This document shows, piece by piece, positions 51,238 through 61,837 of a stretch of DNA of 64,000 bases. The stretch covers positions 864,001 through 928,000 of the forward strand of contig CBDCVR010000014.1 in assembly GCA_965223155.1 (NCBI GenBank), written 5' to 3'. The position numbers were made by a program, and so were the translations under genes. Each line of letters starts with the position of its first letter. The stretch's first letter is position 1. The notes beneath the pieces were generated by a model. The model was not told the DNA's origin. It saw only the letters and a program-made list of their open reading frames with translations, and did no database searches. Source of the stretch: Candidatus Multivoradales bacterium (lineage in GTDB: Bacteria; Acidobacteriota; Thermoanaerobaculia; Multivoradales; JAHEKO01).

Positions 51238-53040
51238 ATGAACCGATTGACTTGGCTCGCCGCCGTCTTGGCCCTCCTGAGCGGCGCCGACGGCGCGCTA
51301 GGCGGCGAACCGGCCTCCAGCTACGGCCCTCCCCTGGCCCAGGCCTACGTCGAACGTTACTTCGAGACCTTTCCCACCCGAGCGACCGCGGCCGGACGGC
51401 ACGAATTCGACTCGCGGCTCGAAGACCTCTCGCCCGAGACGCTCGGCGCCTGGGTCGATTTCAACCGGACGATCGCGGCCCAGATCGAAAACGCTCTGGC
51501 TGGAACGGATCTCGGCTTCGACGACCGGCGGGATCTGGAGCTGGTGCTGCGGCGGGCACAAAGGGAGCTCTTCGACCACGAAGTCCTCCACCTGCCGGCG
51601 ACCTATCCCTTGTACTGGAGCGGCCTGGCAAGCAACGCCACCGTGATGCTCCTGGTCCGCGACGACCTGCCTTTGTCCAAGAGGCTGAGCGCGGCCCGCG
51701 ACCGCGCCGCCCTGCTGCCCCGGCTGGCGGCGCAAGCCCAAGCCGCGCTGAGCGCGAGTGATCCGGGGCGGGTCGCGCCCGAGATCGCGCGCATGGCCGC
51801 CGGCCAGCTCCGCGCCTCGGCCAGGTTCTACCGGGAGGGCTTCGCCCGGGCGGGGGACGCCGACCCCGCTCTCGAAGCCACTCTCGACGCCGCTCTCGAA
51901 GCGGGGCTCGAGGCGGGGCTTCGCCCTTCACTCGAGCTCACCGGCGCCGCCGCGGCCGCGGCTCTGGACAAGCTGGCCGCGAGCGTTGAAACGCTCGCCG
52001 AGCGCGCCACCGGCGCCCCCCGTCTGGGCAAACACTACGCCGAGCGCTTCCGGCGAGTAACCGGCCTCCAGACTCCCCTAGCCGAGGTACTGGCCCGGGC
52101 CGAGGCGGCGCTGGGCGAGAAGCGGGCCGAAGCCGCGGCTTTCGGCCGCTCGGTCTGGGAGGACCTCTTGCCCGGGCAAGAGGCTCCGGCCAAAGACCGG
52201 GAGCTTCTGGCTGCTCTCTTCGACCGGGTCGCCCGGGATCACGCCGCCGACACCGACGAGTTTCTCGAGGACTACCGAACCCTGGTTGCCGAATCCGTCG
52301 CCTTCGTGCGCGAGCGCGACGTCATGACCCTGCCCGAGCCCTTGACCCTCATCATCGATCGATCGCCACCGTTTTTCGTGGGTCAGAGCGTGGGCGGCGT
52401 CTACGCCGCCGGGCCGTTCGCCGACGCCGACTCCAAGACGTTGCTCTTCCTGCCGACGCCGCGGCCGGACGCGAGCGCCGAGGAGCTCGAGGGCTTCTTC
52501 CGGGACTTCAACCACCATTTCAACGTCATGATCACGCCGCACGAGATCATTCCCGGCCACTATCTCCAGCTCAAGCTGGCCGCCCGGCATCCGCGCAAGG
52601 TGCGCGCGCTCTTCGGCGATGGCGTCTACATCGAAGGCTGGGGAACCTTCTGCGAACGCCTGATGCTGGATCTCGGCTGGGGCGGCCCGCTGGACCGGCT
52701 GGCCCATCTCAAGAAGCAGCTCGAGAACATCGCCCGCACCATCGTCGACATCCGCGTTCACACCCAGGGCATGACCCGGGACGAGGTCCTGGCCTTCGTC
52801 CGCGACGAAGCGCTCCAGGACGAGCAGTTCGCCGCCAACATGTGGCGCCGGTCGATCACCAGCGCTCCCCAGCTCACCAGCTACTTCCAGGGATACGAGC
52901 AGGTCATGAGCCTGTACGAGGAAGTCCAGCGCTCCCGCGGCCCGGACTTCGACTTGAAGGAGTTCCTGGACGGCATGATGCGCATGGGTCCGATCCCGGT
53001 ACGATTCTACCGGGAGGCCATGCTCGGCGACGCCGGCTAA
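51238..53040 (+). CDS. DUF885 family protein
   Basis: HEIIPGHYLQ, EGWG..E, QLTSYFQG. Confidence 0.9.
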   Translation: MNRLTWLAAVLALLSGADGALGGEPASSYGPPLAQAYVERYFETFPTRATAAGRHEFDSRLEDLSPETLGAWVDFNRTIAAQIENALAGTDLGFDDRRDLELVLRRAQRELFDHEVLHLPATYPLYWSGLASNATVMLLVRDDLPLSKRLSAARDRAALLPRLAAQAQAALSASDPGRVAPEIARMAAGQLRASARFYREGFARAGDADPALEATLDAALEAGLEAGLRPSLELTGAAAAAALDKLAASVETLAERATGAPRLGKHYAERFRRVTGLQTPLAEVLARAEAALGEKRAEAAAFGRSVWEDLLPGQEAPAKDRELLAALFDRVARDHAADTDEFLEDYRTLVAESVAFVRERDVMTLPEPLTLIIDRSPPFFVGQSVGGVYAAGPFADADSKTLLFLPTPRPDASAEELEGFFRDFNHHFNVMITPHEIIPGHYLQLKLAARHPRKVRALFGDGVYIEGWGTFCERLMLDLGWGGPLDRLAHLKKQLENIARTIVDIRVHTQGMTRDEVLAFVRDEALQDEQFAANMWRRSITSAPQLTSYFQGYEQVMSLYEEVQRSRGPDFDLKEFLDGMMRMGPIPVRFYREAMLGDAG

Positions 53041-54221
53041 GCCGGGTCGTCGGGCTCGAGAGCGGCCGCTAGCTCGGCCCGGATCTCCTCGTTGTGCTCG
53101 CCCAGAAGCGGCGGGTGGCGCCTGTAGGTCGGGCCCGCCGACGTCGCCTTGATGGGGAGCCCGATCGAGCGCACCAGGCCCAGGAGCGGGTGCTCCAGCT
53201 CGACGATCATGCCCCGCGCCCGGACGTGCTCGTCGGCCACGGCCTCGTCCGGGAAGTTGATCGGGCCGGCGGGAATGCCTTCGGCCACCAGGGCCTCAGC
53301 CCAGTCCGCAGCGTCCCGGGTGGCGAAGATCGCCTCGAGCGCCGGCAGGAGCTCGGCCCGGTTCCGGATCCGGTCCGGGTTGGTGGCGAAGCGGGGATCC
53401 TCCATCAGAGTCTCCTCCACTCCCAGAACCCGGCAGAAGCGCCGCCATAGCGGCTCGGTCCCGACTCCCACGATCAGGTCCTTGTCCCGCGCCCGGAACG
53501 GCTGGTAGGGCACGATCGACGGATGGGCGTTGCCGATCTTGACCGGGCGCTCGCCGGTGGCGAAGTAGGATCCGGCGATGTTGGCCAGCCAGGTGAGCTG
53601 GCTATCGACAAGCGAGACGTCCACGAGCTGGCCGCGTCCGGTACCCTGCCCCTCCCGGTCGCGCTCGTACAGAGCCGCCAGAATGCCCAGCAGGGCGTAG
53701 ACGCCGGCCGAGATGTCGGCCATCGCGGTCGGGTAGCGCATCGGCCCATCGTCCGGACCGCCGGTGATCGCCATCAAACCCGCCTCGCCCTGGGCGATGA
53801 CGTCGTAGCCGCCGCGGCCGGCCTTGAGGCCGGTGTGCCCGTAGCCGCTGATCGCGCCATACACCAGGGCCGGGTTGAGACCGGCGACGGTATGCGGGTC
53901 CAGCCGGTACCGCGCGAGCGAGTCCATGCGCGGATTGTTGGTCAAGAAGACGTCGGCCGAAGCGATCAACCCGTGCAGAACGGCAAGATCGCCGGCATCG
54001 CGGATGTCCAGCTCGATCGAGCGCTTGTTGCGGTTGACCGACAGGAAATAGGCACTCTCCCCGTCCAGGAACGGCGGTCCCCAGCGCCGCGATTGGTCAC
54101 CGAGACCGCGCCGCTCGATCTTGATGACGTCGGCCCCCAGGTCCCCCAACGCCATCGCGCAGTAGGGTCCGGCCAACGCCTCGGTCATCTCGAGCACGCG
54201 GATTCCGTCGAGTACCGCCAT
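53037..54221 (-). CDS. CaiB/BaiF family III CoA-transferase
   Basis: LDGIRVLE..AGPY..LGDLGADVIKIE, NRNKRSI, PPLLGEHN. Confidence 0.93.
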   Translation of the reverse strand: MAVLDGIRVLEMTEALAGPYCAMALGDLGADVIKIERRGLGDQSRRWGPPFLDGESAYFLSVNRNKRSIELDIRDAGDLAVLHGLIASADVFLTNNPRMDSLARYRLDPHTVAGLNPALVYGAISGYGHTGLKAGRGGYDVIAQGEAGLMAITGGPDDGPMRYPTAMADISAGVYALLGILAALYERDREGQGTGRGQLVDVSLVDSQLTWLANIAGSYFATGERPVKIGNAHPSIVPYQPFRARDKDLIVGVGTEPLWRRFCRVLGVEETLMEDPRFATNPDRIRNRAELLPALEAIFATRDAADWAEALVAEGIPAGPINFPDEAVADEHVRARGMIVELEHPLLGLVRSIGLPIKATSAGPTYRRHPPLLGEHNEEIRAELAAALEPDDPA

Positions 54222-54294
54222 TCCGCAACTCTATCGAGCCCCGGCCCGCGCGTCCGAACCGGTCTCGGAACGCTCCTGCTGGTAGCGAATCCGG

Positions 54295-54891
54295 CTAGCC
54301 GGCGTCGGACGCAGCGCCTTCGCCTTCGCCTTCGCCCTCATCCCCGGCCTGGCCGAAGAGAGCGAGGTAGCGGCCGTAGCCTTCGGCTTCGAGCTCGGCG
54401 ACCGGAATGAACCGCAGCGCCGCCGAGTTCATGCAGTAGCGCAAACCGGTGGGCCGAGGTCCGTCGGTGAAGACGTGGCCCAGATGGGAATCGCCGTGCT
54501 TTGAGCGGATCTCGGTGCGGGTCATGAAGAGCTTGCGGTCCACCTTCTCGACCAAATTGCCCGGCTCGAGGGGTTCCCAGAACGACGGCCATCCGGTGCC
54601 CGACCGATACTTGGCGAGCGAGCTAAAAAGCGGCTCCCCGCTCACGATGTCGACGTAGATGCCCGCCTTCTTGTTGTCCCAGTACTCATTGGCGAAAGGC
54701 CGCTCGGTGGCGTCCTCCTGGGTCACGCTATACTGCAAAGGCGTCAGCTTCGAGCGTAACTCGTCGTCACTAGGCTTCGAATACACGGTCTCTCCGGCTG
54801 AGTCGCCACCGGCCTCGGCTTCGGCCCGGGCACTGGCAACCGCTGTCAATGTACCAAGTGCGACGACGACGGCTAGGGTTGGGTGGGTCAT
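54295..54891 (-). CDS. msrB: Exported peptide methionine (R)-sulfoxide reductase
   Basis: [30 protein letters not shown]; signal peptide. Confidence 0.92.
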   Translation of the reverse strand: MTHPTLAVVVALGTLTAVASARAEAEAGGDSAGETVYSKPSDDELRSKLTPLQYSVTQEDATERPFANEYWDNKKAGIYVDIVSGEPLFSSLAKYRSGTGWPSFWEPLEPGNLVEKVDRKLFMTRTEIRSKHGDSHLGHVFTDGPRPTGLRYCMNSAALRFIPVAELEAEGYGRYLALFGQAGDEGEGEGEGAASDAG

Positions 54892-55096
54892 ATGGGTCTC
54901 CTCCGCTGGAGTACGAATGACATCACGCCGGAGCCGCCAAGTCCTCACGAAGGATTCACATTTCCGGCCGGACAGCGTGAAGATTTCGTGAGGTTGGGCG
55001 CATAGACTTTCGCGAGCCGCGAACCCGAGCACGGCATGCGGTTGAGCCGAGCGGACTCCCAGGTTCCGAACCCCAGACCTGCCCAATGACAGCCCC

Positions 55097-55807
55097 ATGA
55101 CTGCCCAGCGCCAGGTCCTCTTGATCGAAGACGATCCCGACATCGCTCATCTGGTGGAGCTCCACCTCAGGGATCTCGACTGCCGGACCACAATCGAGCA
55201 TCGGGGACCGGAAGGCCTGGCTCGGGCCGAGGCCGGGAATATCGACCTCGTGATCCTGGATCTGATGCTGCCCGGACTGGACGGTCTCGAGATCTGCAAG
55301 CGCCTCCGAGCGGGGGCCAAGCGACACGTGCCGATCCTGATGCTCACCGCCCGCTCGACCGAGCTCGACCGCGTCCTCGGACTCGAGATCGGCGCCGATG
55401 ACTACCTCACCAAGCCCTTCTCCATCCTGGAGCTGGTGGCGCGGGTCAAGGCTTTGTTCCGGCGAGTCGAGGCCTTGGCGGCTCGCGGGACCGAGGCGCC
55501 ACTGGCCGCGATCCAGCACGGGGCGCTCCGCATCCAGCCGGCGGAGCGGCAGGTCACGGTCGACGGCGAAGAGATCCGGCTGACGGCAAAGGAGTTCGAC
55601 CTGCTTGTGCACTTCGCCTCTCACCCCGGACGGGTCTTCACCCGGGCGCAGCTCCTGGACTCGGTCTGGGGCTACGGGCACGAGGGCTACGAACACACCG
55701 TCAACTCGCACATCAACCGATTGCGGGCCAAGATCGAGCCCGAGCCCTCCCGACCCCGCTGGATCGAGACGGTTTGGGGCGTCGGATACAAGTTTCCGGG
55801 AGCCTGA
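55097..55807 (+). CDS. OmpR family response regulator
   Basis: [39 protein letters not shown]. Confidence 0.95.
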   Translation: MTAQRQVLLIEDDPDIAHLVELHLRDLDCRTTIEHRGPEGLARAEAGNIDLVILDLMLPGLDGLEICKRLRAGAKRHVPILMLTARSTELDRVLGLEIGADDYLTKPFSILELVARVKALFRRVEALAARGTEAPLAAIQHGALRIQPAERQVTVDGEEIRLTAKEFDLLVHFASHPGRVFTRAQLLDSVWGYGHEGYEHTVNSHINRLRAKIEPEPSRPRWIETVWGVGYKFPGA

Positions 55808-57282
55808 TGTTCAAGACCCTGTACACGCGGCTGGCGGCCGCTCTAATGGGAATCCTGCTCCTCGCCGCGGTACTGCTGATTGCCTTCGACCTCATCTCGA
55901 ACCGCAGACTGCTGCAAGAGATCAATCAGGATGTCCACCGCGATCTGGCCGGCCAGCTCCTGGACGAGTCGATTCCGATCCAGGATGGCCGCATCGATCC
56001 CGACGCCCTCGAGCACATCTTCCACATGCTGATGGTCATCAACCCGGCGATCGAGGTGTATCTGCTCGACCCCGGGGGTGCGGTGCTGGCCTACTCCGCC
56101 AAGCCCGGCAGCGTGGTCCGCATGAGGGTAGACACCGAACCGATCCGGCGCTTCCTCGAACCCGGGGCCCGCCTCCCCCTATTCGGAGACGATCCCAAGT
56201 CGGCGGCCAAGCGCAAGGTCTTCTCAGCGGCTCCGATCCCGGCCGACCGCGGCGGCGGCTACCTCTACGTCATCCTCGGCGGCCAGCAGTACGAATCCAC
56301 GGCCTCGATGCTTCAGACCAGCCGCAGCTTGCGCTTGGGCGCTGCAGCGCTGGTCGGGATCCTGGCCGCCGCCGCCGCGGCCGGTCTGCTGCTCTTCGCC
56401 TCGATCACGCGACCCGTGCGCACGCTCGTGGGCTCGGTCAAGCGCTTCCAGTCCTCGAACTTCGCCGGTGTCTTCGAGGCCTCCGGAGCTCCGGCGACGG
56501 CGGAGCTCGAAGACCTGGAGCGGGCCTTCGCCGACATGGCGGAGCGTTTGGCCGAGCATATGAGCGAGCTTCGCAAGACGGATGAGCTCCGCCGCGACCT
56601 CATCGCCAACGTCTCCCACGACCTGCGAACCCCGATCACCTCGCTGCGCGGATATCTGGAGACCCTGTCGCTCAAAGCGCACCTCCTGTCCGAGACCGAG
56701 AGGAAGGAGTATCTCGACGTCGCCCTGCGGCACAGCGAACGGCTCGGCAAGCTGGTCGCCGATCTCTTCGAGCTCGCCCGCCTGGATTCTCTCGCCACTG
56801 AGCTCGCCTGTGAGCCGGTGGCCCTTGCCGAGCTCCTGGCCGACATCCTCCAGGGCTTCGAGCTCGAAGCCGAGCGGCAGAAGGTCACGTTGCAGGCAGC
56901 CATCGACGCCTCCGACTCGGCCTTCGCGGAAACCGATGCGGGCCTCATCGAACGGATTCTCGGGAACTTGCTGGACAACGCCATCCGGCATACTCCGCAA
57001 GGCGGCCACGTCACGCTCGGCCTCGCCCCAGCGCCGGACGGTTACCGCATCACGGTCCAAGACACAGGGCCGGGAATCGCACCTGAAGACCTGCCCCACC
57101 TGTTCGACCGCTTCTTCCGCAGGGCCACCGGGCCTTCGGCCTCGCGGGACGGCGCCGGCTTGGGCCTGGCGATCGCCCAACAGGCCCTCAACGTCCTGGG
57201 AAGCGAGCTCGAGGTCTCGTCCGGAACTCCGGATTCGCCCGGCGCCACCTTCGCCTTCGTTCTCGGATCGAAGCCTTCGTGA
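55807..57282 (+). CDS. HAMP-domain sensor histidine kinase
   Basis: SHDLRTP H-box, NLLDNA, DTGPGI, GLGLAI. Confidence 0.95.
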   Translation: MFKTLYTRLAAALMGILLLAAVLLIAFDLISNRRLLQEINQDVHRDLAGQLLDESIPIQDGRIDPDALEHIFHMLMVINPAIEVYLLDPGGAVLAYSAKPGSVVRMRVDTEPIRRFLEPGARLPLFGDDPKSAAKRKVFSAAPIPADRGGGYLYVILGGQQYESTASMLQTSRSLRLGAAALVGILAAAAAAGLLLFASITRPVRTLVGSVKRFQSSNFAGVFEASGAPATAELEDLERAFADMAERLAEHMSELRKTDELRRDLIANVSHDLRTPITSLRGYLETLSLKAHLLSETERKEYLDVALRHSERLGKLVADLFELARLDSLATELACEPVALAELLADILQGFELEAERQKVTLQAAIDASDSAFAETDAGLIERILGNLLDNAIRHTPQGGHVTLGLAPAPDGYRITVQDTGPGIAPEDLPHLFDRFFRRATGPSASRDGAGLGLAIAQQALNVLGSELEVSSGTPDSPGATFAFVLGSKPS

Positions 57283-57388
57283 ACGAAACGTGAGACTTCG
57301 CGGATCACTCCGTGAAGGTCTCCCGTCATCGTTCGGTTGTTCCCAATGGGCGCTCCACTCGGAGCGCCCACAACCCAAGGAGGACTTG

Positions 57389-58036
57389 ATGACCAAGAAC
57401 ACCAAACCGCTTCGAGCCTTACTGGCGCCGGCACTCGGCTGTCTCGCCCTGGTGCTCGCCACCGCCGGCGTCGCCCAGGCCGCACCCTTCGACGTCACCA
57501 TCTACAACGCTTCGGCCCAGATCTTCTCGCCGCCGATCGTGGTGACCCACCGAGCAGCGCTCGATCTGGTATCGGTCGGCGAGACCGCGTCGAGTGAGCT
57601 CGCGGCGGTGGCCGAAGACGCCGACAGCGAGGGCTACCTGGCGGCGCTCCAGACGCTGGGCGGCGTGCGGGACGTCGCCATCGGCGACGGCGTCATCCTG
57701 CCCGGCGAATCGATGACCGTACGCGTCGATGGCAACAACTCGACGTTCACCGTGCTCGGGATGATGGTCACCACCAACGACACGCTCTACGTCGCTCGCC
57801 AGCGCGTCAAGGCCCGAGCTTCCTTCTTCGGTAGCGCCTACGATGCCGGCAGCGAGGCCAACACTCTCGACTGTGCCCACATTCCGGGACCTCCCTGCGG
57901 CAATGCCGGCGTCAGGGTGACGAACGGCGCCGAGGGCAAGATCACCATCAGCCAGGGGATCAACCGCGGCCGGCTCCGGCCCTTCGACTGGCGCGATCCC
58001 GTGGTCAAGGTAAGCATCCGCCGCGCCAGCAACTAG
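57389..58036 (+). CDS. Spondin_N domain secreted protein
   Basis: FSPPIVVTH, AE.AD, MMVTTND, AYDAGSEAN. Confidence 0.85.
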   Translation: MTKNTKPLRALLAPALGCLALVLATAGVAQAAPFDVTIYNASAQIFSPPIVVTHRAALDLVSVGETASSELAAVAEDADSEGYLAALQTLGGVRDVAIGDGVILPGESMTVRVDGNNSTFTVLGMMVTTNDTLYVARQRVKARASFFGSAYDAGSEANTLDCAHIPGPPCGNAGVRVTNGAEGKITISQGINRGRLRPFDWRDPVVKVSIRRASN

Positions 58037-58073
58037 GCTCGAGCCTCGCGACCAAGCTCGCCACCCGCCACGT

Positions 58074-58114
58074 CTCCCGTGCGGGCCGGGACTGCGGTTC
58101 CGCCCGCACGGGAG
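58074..58114. terminator. Long GC hairpin between convergent genes (no U-tract)
   Basis: CTCCCGTGCGGGC ... GCCCGCACGGGAG. Confidence 0.5.
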
Positions 58115-58230
58115 CTGGACCGGCCTGGACTGCGCTCGGCGCAGGACCCAGTAGCGACCGTCTCGCCGCTGGGCGCTCGACCGTGCTTCCGAGTCGAGCT
58201 GGGATGGAGATCCGGCCGCGGCCGTCGCCG

Positions 58231-58833
58231 TCAGTTGTCCTGAGCTCGGGTCTCGAGCCGGGACAGGGTCACCGCTTGCCCACCGCCGGCGCCTTCGTGG
58301 CAGCCTGGCAGGCTCGAGAGATCCGCCTTCTTCTCGACCACATCGACACAGAGCGTCAGCTCGGTGTTCCGGGCCAAGCGGCTCCCCACCGGCTCGATGG
58401 TGACCATGAGAACAGAGCCCGCACGCGCGTTCTTGGTCAGCCTCTTCGACGCCGAGAAGGATCCGTCCGCGGCCAGAACGACCGGAATCGAGAGCTTGCC
58501 CCCGGCCCGGCCGCTCGCGGCGTCTTCGAAGCGCGCCATCACGAGAACTCGCCCGGGCAACGCGCCACCCGGGGGCGCCTCCGCCAGACCCGAGATTCGC
58601 GCGTACCGCTTCTTGAGCTTGAGAGCGTCGGGAAAGAACCAGGTATGAACCAAGCTCGCGTCACCGGCGTCGAGGGTCCTCGAGAGTCTAATGAAGAACC
58701 GCAGCCGCTGGAACCGATCGCCCGAGAAGTCCAACGCGCACCCCTGAGCCACCAGAAGCGAGAACGCGAGCACCCAGAGCAGGCAACGGCTGGCGACCCG
58801 TGCAGGCGGACGACGGCGTGAATTGAAGCGCAT
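58231..58833 (-). CDS. Hypothetical exported/lipoprotein
   Basis: Hydrophobic N-terminus with AQGC; follows maoC-like gene. Confidence 0.55.
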   Translation of the reverse strand: MRFNSRRRPPARVASRCLLWVLAFSLLVAQGCALDFSGDRFQRLRFFIRLSRTLDAGDASLVHTWFFPDALKLKKRYARISGLAEAPPGGALPGRVLVMARFEDAASGRAGGKLSIPVVLAADGSFSASKRLTKNARAGSVLMVTIEPVGSRLARNTELTLCVDVVEKKADLSSLPGCHEGAGGGQAVTLSRLETRAQDN

Positions 58834-58873
58834 GCCTTGCCTACGTGGCGGGCTATTCCCAACCGCCGTTGGC

Positions 58874-59344
58874 CTAGCCCTCCCCGGAACAGACGAAGAG
58901 ACCCAGAGTGCGAGCGGCCAGGGCCGGGCGCTGGCGCCCTTCGATCTCGACCTCGACCTCTACGGTCACCAGGAAGCGTCCGGGCCGGCGCTCGGTCACC
59001 TCGACGACCTCGCCCCGCGCTCGCACCCGGGACCCGCTCGGCACCGGCTCGATCCAGCGCACCCGATCGATACCGTAGTTGATGGCCCGCTCCAACCCTC
59101 GCGGCAAGAGCATGGACTCCTCGAGAAGCTTGGGCAGCAACGACAGCGTCAGAAAACCGTGCGCGATCGTCCCCCCGAGTCCGGCGGCCACAGCCCGGGC
59201 AGGATCCACGTGCAGAAACTGGCGATCCTCAGTAGCTTCGGCGAACGCGTCGATACGGTCCTGGTCGACTTCGAACCATGGCGAAGGCTCGAGCCGGGTG
59301 CCCGCCAGCTCGCGAAAGCGTTCGATGGGAAGAAGCCTATCCAC
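58874..59344 (-). CDS. MaoC family dehydratase
   Basis: FAEATEDRQFLHVD, IAHGFLTLSL, NYGIDRVR. Confidence 0.9.
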   Translation of the reverse strand: MDRLLPIERFRELAGTRLEPSPWFEVDQDRIDAFAEATEDRQFLHVDPARAVAAGLGGTIAHGFLTLSLLPKLLEESMLLPRGLERAINYGIDRVRWIEPVPSGSRVRARGEVVEVTERRPGRFLVTVEVEVEIEGRQRPALAARTLGLFVCSGEG

Positions 59345-59359
59345 GTCCAGAGTTCAGGA

Positions 59360-60460
59360 TCACCCTAGCAGGCGATCGATGCGTTGCAGGTCGATCGAGC
59401 GCGCGGCTGTGAGACCACATCCTCGCACGCCGTCGAGGAGCGAGGCGAAACGCGGATCGCGAGTGTGCCCCCGGAGGTAGCGAGCGTAGATCTGCTGGAT
59501 GATGACCGCCAGCTTGAACACCCCGTAGACATAGTAGAAGACCAATCCGTCGAGGCCGGTGCCGCCGAGCTCGGTGTAGCGCTGCGCAACCTCCGCCCGC
59601 TCCGGATTGCCGGGCAGTGTCGTGGGACTCAAAGCAAGCTTGTGGAGCTCCTCCGGATCGTCCGCGTCGATCCAGTATCCGAGCATCGTTCCCAGATCCA
59701 TCAAGGGATCGCCAACGGTGGCCATCTCCCAATCGAGCACTGCCCGAACCCGAGCCGGGTCCGCAGCGTCCAGAACCAGATTGTCGTACTTGAAGTCGTT
59801 GTGGACGAGCGCGGCCCGACGCCCGCCGGCATCCTCGTGGTCCGGCATCGAGTCCAGAAGCCAGCGGGCCACCTTCTCCATCGCGGCCACCTCATCGGTC
59901 CTGGCGGCCCGCCACCTCTCGGTCCAGCCCTCGATCTGGCGGCGCACGTACCCCTGCGGACGTCCCAGCTCACAAAGCCCGGGCCGGGTGGCATCGAGGC
60001 CGTGCAACTCGACCAGCGTACGGACCAGCGAGTCCGCGATCGCCGCCATCAGCTCCTCAGAAGGCACCTCGTCCGAGGCCATGCAGCCTCGCAGCACCAC
60101 GCCCTCGACCCGCTCCATCAGGTAGAACGGTCCACCCAGGACGCTCGGATCGGCGCACGCGACGAGGGGCTTCGGCGCCTTGTCGTAGAGGCCGTCGAGC
60201 GCCGACAGGATCCTGTACTCGCGCCCAACGTCATGGCCGCTAGGGACATTGGCTCCCGGCGGCGGCCGGCGCAGGACCAGATCGCGGCCGGCGACCCGGA
60301 CGCGGTAGGTGAGATGCGAGTAGCCGTGCGGAAACTGGCCGATCTCGACCGGTCCGGCCAACTCCGGCGCGACCGTCGCGAAGAAGGCCTCGAGGGCGGT
60401 CACGTCGAGCTCTTCGCCGGGACGAACCGCGGTCGCACGATCGGTTGGGAGTCCGGCCAC
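59360..60460 (-). CDS. APH-like phosphotransferase family protein
   Basis: VLRRPP, HNDFKYDN, LDWEM..GDPLMDLG. Confidence 0.9.
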   Translation of the reverse strand: MAGLPTDRATAVRPGEELDVTALEAFFATVAPELAGPVEIGQFPHGYSHLTYRVRVAGRDLVLRRPPPGANVPSGHDVGREYRILSALDGLYDKAPKPLVACADPSVLGGPFYLMERVEGVVLRGCMASDEVPSEELMAAIADSLVRTLVELHGLDATRPGLCELGRPQGYVRRQIEGWTERWRAARTDEVAAMEKVARWLLDSMPDHEDAGGRRAALVHNDFKYDNLVLDAADPARVRAVLDWEMATVGDPLMDLGTMLGYWIDADDPEELHKLALSPTTLPGNPERAEVAQRYTELGGTGLDGLVFYYVYGVFKLAVIIQQIYARYLRGHTRDPRFASLLDGVRGCGLTAARSIDLQRIDRLLG

Positions 60461-60552
60461 CTCGTCGACTTTCTCCAGTCGCCTGACTACCTTACCAAGA
60501 AGGCAACCGACGGCCGGCCGGCGCCGGATGTCCGCCGGCGCGGCTCTCCGTC

Positions 60553-61824
60553 ATGGATCGTTCCGTACCCGACAGCCTCCGGTCCACGCTCGATCGCATC
60601 GAAACGTTCGTCGAAGACGAGCTCGTGCCGCTCGAACCGCGGTTCGTGAGCGAACCATTCCGGAGCCTGCTGCCCGATCTGGAACGATTGCGGGACCGCG
60701 TTCGGGAGCTGGGCCTTTGGGCGCCAAATCATCCCGCCGAGTACGGCGGAATGGGTTTGGGACTGGTCGATTTCGGATTCCTGTCCGAGGTGCTCGGCAC
60801 TTCGCCCCTGGGCCACTTCGTCTTTGGATGCCAGGCTCCGGACGCCGGCAACATCGAGATTCTCGACAGCCACGGCACGGCCGACCAGAAGGATCGTTGG
60901 CTCGGGCCCCTCGTGCGAGGCACAGTCCGAAGCTGTTTTTCGATGACCGAGGTGGACCGGCCCGGATCGAATCCGGTACTCCTCGACACCACGGCCGAGC
61001 GGGACGGCGACGACTACGTCATCAACGGCCGCAAGTGGTATGCGACGGGCGCCGATGGCGCGGCTCTGGCCGTGGTCATGGCGATCACCAATCCCGACGA
61101 GGCCGCTCACAAGCGAGCGTCCATGATCCTGGTCCCAACGGACACCCCCGGATTCGAGATCGTCCGCAACCTAGCGGTCATGGGCGAGTCGGGCGAGGAC
61201 TGGCTGAGTCACGGCGAGGTCGTCTACGACGGCTGCCGGGTACCCAGGGCCAACCGGCTCGGTCCCGAGGGATCCGGGTTCCAAATCGCCCAGGAACGGC
61301 TCGGACCGGGGCGGATCCACCACTGCATGCGCTGGCTGGGAATCTCCCGGCGGGCGCTCGACCTCTTGTGCCGCCGGGCGGTCCGCCGCCCGATGGCCGA
61401 GGCCGAGACCCTCGCTGACAAGGAAATCGTCCAGGCCTGGATCGCCGAGTCGGCCGCCGAAATCGCGGCCGCCCGAGCCCTGACCCTCGAAACCGCCAGC
61501 AAGATCGAAGACGACGGGTGGCGGGCGGCCCGGGCCGAGATCTCGATGATCAAGTTCCTGGTCGCCGGCACCATGCTGCGCGTAGTCGACCGGGCGCTTC
61601 AGGTCCACGGCGGCCTGGGCATGACCGATGAGACGCCGCTGGCCTTCTGGTACCGGCACGAGCGCGCGGCCAGGATCTATGACGGCCCCGACGAGACCCA
61701 CAAGCAGGCCTTGGCTCGGGCGCTGCTAAGGCGCTACCGAAACGACGCTACGGCGGGGCACGGAACGCGCGGACTCGGCCGCGCACCGCGTCCTTTCCGG
61801 ACACTCGATCCGCTGAGCGCCTAG
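60553..61824 (+). CDS. Acyl-CoA dehydrogenase
   Basis: APDAGN, FSMTE, INGRKW, RLGPGRIHHCMR, QVHGG, RIYDGPDE. Confidence 0.93.
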   Translation: MDRSVPDSLRSTLDRIETFVEDELVPLEPRFVSEPFRSLLPDLERLRDRVRELGLWAPNHPAEYGGMGLGLVDFGFLSEVLGTSPLGHFVFGCQAPDAGNIEILDSHGTADQKDRWLGPLVRGTVRSCFSMTEVDRPGSNPVLLDTTAERDGDDYVINGRKWYATGADGAALAVVMAITNPDEAAHKRASMILVPTDTPGFEIVRNLAVMGESGEDWLSHGEVVYDGCRVPRANRLGPEGSGFQIAQERLGPGRIHHCMRWLGISRRALDLLCRRAVRRPMAEAETLADKEIVQAWIAESAAEIAAARALTLETASKIEDDGWRAARAEISMIKFLVAGTMLRVVDRALQVHGGLGMTDETPLAFWYRHERAARIYDGPDETHKQALARALLRRYRNDATAGHGTRGLGRAPRPFRTLDPLSA

Positions 61825-61837
61825 CTCGCGGCGGCGC

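Noticed and set aside
51869-51920. 12-bp degenerate tandem repeat in the DUF885 gene (also a 15-bp duplication at about 42987-43022 and the GEGEGE tail of msrB)
   Set aside because: In-frame low-complexity linker expansions with no sign of a dedicated mechanism
54295-54891. MsrB as a selenoprotein given selC in the window
   Set aside because: The catalytic residue is Cys (RYCMN) and there is no in-frame TGA
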